From: Eledone cirrhosa | Lineage: Eukaryota | Length of the DNA: 64,000 bases | Direction of reading: 5' to 3' | NCBI GenBank assembly: GCA_964016885.1 | Contig: OZ024740.1 | Location: 160,580,001 to 160,644,000, forward strand | Shown here: positions 58,872 through 64,000 of the stretch, piece after piece | How positions within the stretch are numbered: the first letter of the stretch is position 1 | How the letters are laid out: each line of letters opens with the position of its first letter | Made by a program: the position numbers and the translations under genes | Notes under the pieces: model-generated | Seen by the model: only the letters and a program-made list of their open reading frames with translations | Databases searched by the model: none | Told to the model about the DNA's origin: nothing

Positions 58872-59737
58872 CAGCAGAACCCAGCGGCGCCTGGGTAGGT
58901 AAAATAATATCTGCTTTGATGAAAAGGTGTTGATCTTAGCGACTGCGAGTTTTTTGAAAATCGGTCGTAAGGTATAGCAAATAGCGAAATGTTGAGTGAA
59001 ATCGTATGGAATATGTCGGAGGTAGAAAGATCGTATTTTGAAGAGTTAAACGGCTGCCACGCCGTCCCTGAACAAAAAAATGCAAAGTGTAAAGCTAATA
59101 TAAGATGTGCAATATGTTCTATCGTAGTATAAAAGTTGAACCAAATAAATTGATTTATGTGTGAGGTGGAGCCGAAGTTTCGAATTTGAGCGAAATATGG
59201 TATTTTCGAATATTTAAGCGTCTGCCACGCCGTTCCTGAACAAAAAATCCAAAATGTAAAGCAACATTAAGACGTGAAATAATCAGATGTAGCGTAGTGT
59301 AAAATTTGAACAAAGTAGGTTGATTAATGTTGGAGCTAGAGCCGAAAAAGTGGAAATTTGAGTCTAAAAGTGATATTTTTGAATATTTAAGCGGCTGCCA
59401 CGCCGTCCCTGAACAACAAATGCAAAATATAAAGCCATTACAGGATGTGCAATGGTAAATTCTATTTTGCTTTAAAATTTGAACTAAATCGGTGGCAAAA
59501 TGTGGGAGCTAGAGCCAAAAATCTTATTTTACGATACCTAAAAAAAGGTGACCTCACTATCGATTATTATCTACAGAATGACCCCGGAATAAAAAAAAAA
59601 AACATACGCTGATATAGAGAAAACACTCCCCGATTACTAATCTATGAGCCTGTAAAGTTTCATCAAAATCGGTCGTAAGATGTAGGCCCCTATAGGTAAT
59701 ACACACACACACATACTTAATTTTATATATATACAGA
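58868..59737 (-). mobile_element. Non-autonomous Helitron-like element with three ~170-bp internal repeats
   Basis: Minus strand begins TC, ends with GC hairpin acccag-gcgccg-ctgggt then CTAA; ctgccacgccgt repeats at ~59053, 59222 and 59395. Confidence 0.75.
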
Positions 59738-60242
59738 TATATACATGAAAACCACCGTTATGTAACAACACTCGCAGACAAGGCTTGGCAGCTGCGCGAA
59801 AATAACCAACAATTTAACCTAAAATGGGATATAATGACGCTGCCCCTGCATAATCCCAAGGACAGGAATTTTGTAAATTGTGTATATGGAATTATTTGTA
59901 TTATGAAATCCAAAAATATTTTATTAAATAACAGAATAGAGCGATCGTTATACTGTAACCATCGCTTGAAATCTACATTTTCATATTACAAACGCTACCA
60001 GGATTGAACGCCTGTCTCCATCTCCGTTTGATTGTCAAAATACATATTAACATTCTCTATTAGTCTTAATTCTATCAACTCTTCTATTCTTTACCATTTA
60101 ATATAAACTGCTATAGATAAAATGTGATTTCTTAATTCAATTCCCTAATGCATATACCAGCAGGCTACCAGCATTGTTGTTATACAGTAGCAGTGAAAAT
60201 CTCTCTCTTCCTCACTTGACACTTTATATCTGTATTAATACT

Positions 60243-60427
60243 TGTTTCTACTTTTGGCACAGGGCCAGCAATTATCCAGTACATTACTGGTACTTTATTT
60301 TATCGACCCCGTAAGGATGAAAGGCAAAGTCAACCTCGGCGGGATTTGAACTCAGATCGTAAAGAGACGTAACTATGCTGGAAAGCATGGCGTCCGACCC
60401 TCTACCGATACTGCCAATCCACCGCCC
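60243..60427 (-). mobile_element. tRNA-derived SINE with 18-bp TSD
   Basis: TSD tatatctg(t/c)attaatact; sister copy of 27100-27283. Confidence 0.88.
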
Positions 60428-60676
60428 TATATCTGCATTAATACTACTACACCAAACGACCAGCCCTGTTCATTGTTCAATTGGTCAAATATAGATTAAA
60501 ATAGGCACTCCCAAAAATTCTTATTTAGATAAGATCAGCCATATACTCATTATATTCTCATTAAAAACCTTCTATATACTTGTTTACCAGCAAATTGAAT
60601 TGCCATCTTTCATATACTATCCCCTCTCTTCTAATATAAATACTTCAATTTTTCTGACTTTTTCCAATTTATCCAA

Positions 60677-60795
60677 TATCTCTGAAGAAGTGACAACTGA
60701 TTATACATTTGCTATCGAATACTTGTTAACATTATATGATTACGCAAGCAGCGATACGTAGGTATTTCGTCTGTTACAGAAACATATGTCAATAC
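60677..60795 (+). ncRNA. Hammerhead motif with ~90-nt stem II domain and damaged stem I
   Basis: CTGAAGA-agtgaca...tgttaca-GAAA-catatg-TC; palindromic stem III acatatgt; GUC site; aataaa downstream. Confidence 0.6.
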
Positions 60796-60862
60796 CTAAT
60801 AAATTCCTTTATAAAAGCACCTTCATTTGATATTCATCTTTTCTATATATATATATATATAT

Positions 60863-61458
60863 ATTGTTATACTTTGGGAGGGTCATGTTGCCAATAAGAA
60901 ACACACGCACCAGTTGCTTTCACTTCAATTTAATTTAATATATATTTATAAATTTACAAATTTATAAATTTCTGGTTGGTTGGTTGGTTCCACAACCAGA
61001 TAGTTGTTTATATATATATAGTCATAGTTCTTTCGTCACACACTCTGTGACCTCTTCAGTGACTGGGGATTTCTTTCTTCGTTTCTGTGCCTTTCCTTTC
61101 TTCTATCCTACGCCATTTTGTTTGTGTTTGACACACACAAACAAAATGGCGTAGGATAGAAGAAAGGAAAGGCACAGAAACGAAGAAAGAAATCCCCAGT
61201 CACTGAAGAGGTCACAGAGTGTGTGACGAAAGAACTATGACTATATATATATAAACAACTATCTGGTTGTGGAACCAACCAACCAACCAGAAATTTATAA
61301 ATTTGTAAATTTATAAATATATATTAAATTAAATTGAAGTGAAAGCAACTGGTGCGTGTGTTTCTTATTGGCAACATGACCCTCCCAAAGTATAACAATA
61401 TCGGTTTCAACACACGATTTCAGATAAAGAATCTTGCTAAACAAATTCAGAAACGAAA
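60863..61458. mobile_element. Near-perfect foldback of the family-C pseudo-LTR (~265-bp arms, 7-nt spacer) plus tail
   Basis: Arms 60863-61127 and 61135-61401; tail 61402-61458. Confidence 0.92.
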
Positions 61459-61482
61459 TATATATATATATATATATATATA

Positions 61483-63330
61483 TCATCATTATCATCAACC
61501 CTTAACGTCTATCTTCCACGCTAGCATGGGTTTAGATGGGAAATTGTCCTACTTGGACAATTGGTCGGGTGACCTTGTCTCACTCGTATAGGGCTGTCTG
61601 GCAGGTTTTCTACGGCTGGATGCCTTTACTAACACCAACCACGTTTACAGTGTAGAACTGGGAGGTTTGTACTGTGTTACCTACAAGGCCACATTACAGC
61701 GTGGACTGTGTGTTTTATGTCGTGACACCTACACGACCTCATTTATTTGGGACTGGATGTTCTGGTACCAACATAACATTACAGAGAAAGGGTGGTGTTG
61801 GTAGAAGTGGGTGTGGTGTGGTGGAGTAGGGTAGTGGGATGGGGTATATATTTTGTTAGGAGGTACCTACTGACTATAGGTTTCACTGTGTACATAGGCA
61901 ACGCGGCCCTTCTGTATTACTGCATAGCGCCAATGTTCTCGGTCCAGTGACATTGTCTTAGAGAGGTGTAAGTGTGTGAGGTCAGAATTTATTAAATCGT
62001 CCCAGGTTTTTCTGGGTCCACCTACTCTGTAATTTCCATCAATTTTGATCGTCCTGCACATTTTTAGACAACTGTCGTCTTTCATGCGCATCTCGTGACC
62101 ATACCAACGCAGTCTTCTTTCGAGTAAACAGCATCTGATCCCCCTTATTCCTAATTTCTAACTTAGTTTATTTATGCTCTGCCATTCGGGTATATTACTA
62201 TTACACATGCAACGGAGCATGGATGCTTCGTTCCTCTCCAGTCTGCGCAGATCCTCTTCACACAAATCCCATGTCTCACTGCCATGTAACATTGCCGTTC
62301 TTATACAGGCATCATAAAATCTGCCTTTCATTTTTAGAGAGAAACCTTTAGTGGTCAATAGCCGTATAAGCTCTCTGAACTTTTTCCATCCCATTCTGAC
62401 GCTGGCTACTGTACTTTCAGAGCACCCTCCTTCACTGCTGATTTTGTCACCCAGGTAATGGAAGGTGTCCATTATTTCTATAGAACCATCTGGGCAATAG
62501 AAGGAGCTAATATCCTCTGGGCTCTTGCTATTTATTGCACTTGAGCATCGCCCACATATAAAATCTACGTTCTTAGATAGCTTACCTGTGATCCCATTAC
62601 ATCATTAATGTACCCATAGTTTGCATTTGGAACATAATATGGAATTTCTGCCTACTTCTTTCCTACCCATTGAGCATGGCCATTTGCCAGAGGATACCTA
62701 TACCCTATTTTCCTTTCTACATACTAGAACTTTAGTCTTAGACAAATAAGCTTTAGGGCCTTTTGATTCTAGGCAATGCTTCCATGTTTGGAATTTCTCC
62801 TCTAGTTCGGCCATCGATTCAGCTATGAGAGTTAAATCATCTGCATATAGAAGTTCCCATGGGCAGCCAGTCTTGAACTCCTCTGTTATAGCCTAATAAT
62901 AAATAGGAGAGGGCTAAAGTCAGAGCCATGATGAACACCAACTTTTACGCTAAATTCTTCACTATATTCGTTGACTGTTTCTTTATGCATGGCTTGTATA
63001 GCTCTCACAAGCCATTCATCAACACCTAGTTTTCTAAGAGCCCACCAGATAATGTAGCGGGGGACTCTGTCAAAGGCTTTCTCCAAGTCAACAAAAGCTA
63101 AGTATAGGGGTTTACCTTTAGCTAGGTACTTCTACTGTAGTTGTCCTACAAGGAAAAGAGCGTCCGTGGTACTTTTACCTGACACAAACCAAAACTGCAT
63201 TTCATCTAGATCAATTCGCTCTCTGATTAGTTGCTCTATAACTCTTTTTGTGACCTTCATGACCTGGTCAATCAATTTAATGCCTCTATACTTTCCCCTA
63301 TCTAGGGCATCTCCTTTACCCTTGTAGCAT
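61483..63330 (-). pseudogene. 5'-truncated, decayed RTE LINE
   Basis: ORFs 63132-63330, 62886-63086, 62158-62472 and 61867-62091 (RT motifs); 3' UTR and (CAT)n tail. Confidence 0.9.
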
Positions 63331-63394
63331 ATATATGTATATATGTATATATGTATATACATATATATATATATATATGTATATATGCAAATAC

Positions 63395-63445
<51 letters not shown>

Positions 63446-63471
63446 AATATATATATATGTATATATGCAAA

Positions 63472-63587
63472 GGCGTGTGGCTGAGTGGTTAGAGAATTGG
63501 ATTCACAATCTTGAGATTGTGAGTTCGATTCCTGGACCGGGCGATGCGTTATGTCCTTGAGCAAGACACTTTATTTCACGTTGCTCC
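63472..63587 (+). mobile_element. tRNA-derived SINE 5' part
   Basis: A box tggctgagtgg, B box gagttcgattcc and tccttgagcaagacactt core. Confidence 0.75.
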
Positions 63588-63652
63588 TTCTAACTGAAAG
63601 ACAGACGTAAACATTGTTTCCTCGGTCCGATTTGACGAAAGTCGATCGATCC

Positions 63653-63665
63653 TATATATATGCAA

Positions 63666-63705
<40 letters not shown>

Positions 63706-64000
63706 ATATGCATATATATGTATATATATATATATATGTATATATGTATATATATGTATATGTATATATATGTTTATATATATATATATATGTATATATG
63801 TATATATATGTATATATATATATATGTATATATATATATGTATATATATGTATATGTATATATACGTATGTATATATGTATATATGTATATATACGTATA
63901 TATATATGTATGTATATATATACATATATATATGTATATATATAGGTATATATATAGGTATATATATATATACATATATATATATGTATATATATATATA
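63653..64000. repeat. (TA)n/(TATG) microsatellite
   Basis: Direct reading. Confidence 0.95.

Larger units (their letters stand above)
59745..60843 (+). mobile_element. Degenerate PLE 3' part (GIY-YIG C-terminus, 3' region with HHR), interrupted by a SINE
   Basis: TLADKAWQLRENNQQFNLKWDI...CKLC...LLNNRIE...CNHR parallels the family-B C-terminus. Confidence 0.65.

Noticed and set aside
63472-63545. tRNA gene
   Set aside because: A/B boxes run directly into the SINE core shared with 18943-19236 and 41842-42133; no proper acceptor stem

Overview
AT-rich animal genomic DNA made almost entirely of repeats. The SINE, RTE and MITE families resemble those I associate with octopus genomes; this is recognition only and unverified. 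I can support no host protein-coding gene, and the long Tyr/Ile ORFs are (TA)n artefacts. Retroelements: one near-full-length RTE-clade LINE (46848-50750, APE+RT, disrupted) plus many RTE fragments, an L1/Tx1 fragment, two CR1 fragments, an Ingi/Vingi-like remnant, tRNA-derived SINEs, and several Penelope-like elements (PLEs; RT and/or GIY-YIG). DNA elements: piggyBac- and Tc1/mariner-type MITEs and a Helitron-like element. The main unannotated signal is a dense set of type I hammerhead-ribozyme (HHR) motifs from about seven unrelated sequence families, plus degenerate ones. Several have unusually long stem II and palindromic stem III. They sit in short non-coding units inserted in (TA)n that repeatedly show a foldback-plus-tail architecture. 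One ORF-less ~480-bp HHR unit occurs as an exact monomer and as an inverted, circularly permuted 1.2-mer, making it a retrozyme/circular-RNA candidate. The RTE family also carries a PHD-type C4HC3 finger inserted inside its RT. All RNA structures were folded by eye and need computational and biochemical confirmation.
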